Below the pieces are notes generated by a model. The model had not been told where the DNA came from, did no database searches, and was given only the letters and a program-made list of their open reading frames with translations. Source: Chara braunii (Eukaryota > Plantae > Charophyceae). From it: DNA of 64,000 nt. The position numbers were made by a program, and so were the translations under genes. Shown piece by piece: positions 61,710-64,000 of this stretch (positions are counted from its first letter, which is position 1; each line of letters begins with the position of its first letter). The stretch spans positions 5,270,347 through 5,334,346 of the forward strand of contig BFEA01000017.1 of assembly GCA_003427395.1 (NCBI GenBank), read 5' to 3'.

Positions 61710-62970
61710 TGGATGAATCAGTGGATGGACAGACGGATTGATGGACAGATGCACGGAAGGACAAACACGAGCGGATGGGTGAATGGATGCGCACAAGGGC
61801 TAGCAGACGGGCAGACAGATGGAGGAAGGGCAGGTGGGTGATGAATGGTGGGGTGGGTGGGCAGATGATGTGCGGGAGGGTGGGTGGGCAGACGGGCAGG
61901 TGGGAGGGGGAGCAGGCAGGCAGGTGGCCAGGCGGACGGGCAGACGGATGGAGGATGGGCAGGTGGATGATGAATGGTGGGGTGGGTGGCCAGATGATGT
62001 GCAGGAGGATGGCTGACTGGGTTGAGAGGCGGTGAGTGGATAGACGGGTGGGTAGGTGGGTGGGTGGCTGTGTGGCAAATGGTCGGATGGATGGAAGGAT
62101 GGATATGTAGATAGATGGGTGGAGGAATGTACAGATGGGCGCATGGACAGATGGAGTGACCGATGAATGGATAAAGGGTTCAATGGATTATGGAGGAATA
62201 GATTGCTGGATGCATGGATGGCGCATGGAGGGATAATATCTCAAATGGGCGGGTGAATGGAGGGACGGGTGGATGGAGGGATGGCACAAGCAACGGACTC
62301 CGGACTGATTGAACAACTGACTGAGTCACACTGACCAGCCCACATGCTGGCCCATAGATTAATCAAACCAGACAACTAGATGACGACTCGCCTGCGCCAC
62401 TCATCTTCCCGCTCGCCCACCCAACTGCCCATCCAACCTGCCACCAATTGCCCACCCGTCCACGACCAGTCCATCGATCAAGTTCAAGTGACTGATCGAC
62501 TGCTTGTCTGATTGAAGGAGGGATGAATAGCGGGGGGGGCGGGGGGGAGAGGGATGGGTGAGGTTAGGGATGGAGATAGGCACGGGGCAATAGATTGGGT
62601 AATGCAGGCCTGCTTGTCGGATTCAAGGAGGGATGGATAGCCGGGGGGGGGGGGGGGTGGGGGNGAGGTTAGGGATGGAGATAGGGANGGGGCAATAGAT
62701 GGGGTAANGCGGGGATGGGTGGGCTGCTGGATGAGGGGATAAATGGGGATACATATGGATGCCATTGGGCAGGTGACTGTATAGATAGGTGGATCATGGA
62801 TCGTGGATGGATGGGTAATCATTTGCCCAGTGGACGAGTGTTTGAAAGGGTGAGCAGAGGGGTGGATAGCTGATGGACAGATGCATGGGGTGGGTGGATG
62901 GATGGGTGGATGGATGGCTGATAGATGAATGGGTGAATGGGTGGGGGGGTGGATGGGTGGAGGGGTGGAC
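61710..62970. repeat. Degenerate (GGAT)/(GGGT) simple-repeat region with internal duplications
   Basis: Seen directly; includes duplications at ~61805-61875/61935-62005 and ~62500-62600/62610-62705. Confidence 0.9.
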
Positions 62971-64000
62971 AGTGTCCAGCACATCGGATTAGAGTTGAAC
63001 ATGAAAAAAAAGGCATCCTCCTGAATGGAGTGGCAACGTTTTGCTCTCTGCCTAGGCTACCAGAGTGGCCCGGGGTGACTTGCCCGGCCGGGCCAAAAAC
63101 ATTATACACAGCCCCTCGTTTGTTGTCCTCTTCTCCCTCTCTGCCTACGGTTTACCGGGCAGTTCTATTTGACGATATATATATATATATATATAATTTT
63201 ATTTTGTATTTTGATTTTGGTGAAGAATTTCGATGTGACCCTGAGGCAAAAGTTGTTCAGTTTATTTTTCTGCATAACATAAAGTTTTTTGTGGATTTTT
63301 TGGAGTTTTTTTTTTTTTTTTTTTTTTTTTCCCGCTGGGACCTTCCCTGGTCCTTGCACGGGCTGGCCACCCGGGACCCGGGCGGCCCGGCTGGTAGCCT
63401 AGCTCTCTGCAAATTTTCCCACCTGCTTTCAGCTCTTTTGGCCCCTGAGGTACAGGTCCTGGAAAAAGATGTTCGGAGCCCTCCGTTCAATAATGGATGA
63501 ATCATGAATGGATGGGGCCAAATGGGTGAACAGGTGCCCCACCGATAGATGGAGCAACCAGGGAAAGTTATTAGCAAATCGGTGAACAGGTGCCCCACCA
63601 ATAGATGGACCAACCAGGGACAGTTATTAGAGGTGGCTGCTCATACCACCACCTCTAGTGGAGGTCGCTAGCATTTCGTTAAAAAAAAAGGGAAACTGAG
63701 AGCACAGTGACTGTGGGAGTGATTCTTGCTTTCATAGGACATAACTAATACTTGCACACTGCCGTGTGCACACCTGGAGATAGGCACCTGATGCATTTGT
63801 CGAAGAGAGCATTGCGCCCACACCGAAACCCTTTTTTTTTCTGTCTTTTGAAGAAACTAATCTATACTCTTCTCTCAATCTTCATATATCTCATCCTCTC
63901 GCTATTCTATGTATAATATGGGGGAACACCAACCAAAACTGGAACTCTCCCCAGCCCATGGGGTAGGTCGGCACCACAGCAGCACTGTGGTGCGAGTGCA

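Overview
Repeat-rich eukaryotic nuclear DNA with four assembly gaps, most consistent with a streptophyte alga such as Chara (inferred from plant-type U6, plant mitochondrial rps12/rrn26 fragments and TE style; not proven). Host coding content is sparse: one ~5.3-kb exon of an LRR-containing, mostly low-complexity protein (+, 12395-17661) and the last exon of a HIP-like aquaporin (-, 59939-60312). The centre holds two degraded Ty3/gypsy LTR retrotransposons lying head to head. One is a chromodomain-bearing element (-, 20117-25130). The other is a ~12.8-kb element (+, 25135-37901) with a PHD finger in front of its integrase, an extra 3' ORF and a Cys-motif ORF inside its LTRs. Other content: a mosaic NUMT (rps12, group II maturase, rrn26 plus a possible group I intron start), a Helitron-like element, a PIF/Harbinger transposase fragment, a tRNA-derived SINE, two U6 pseudogenes and many tandem repeats. 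The most unusual signals are the PHD-integrase/LTR-ORF retrotransposon, a ~9-copy dispersed repeat with a covarying pseudoknot plus hairpins (42.9-63.7 kb), and a decayed virus-like ORF block (2.0-6.8 kb) beside a dense hairpin cluster that favours the opposite strand.
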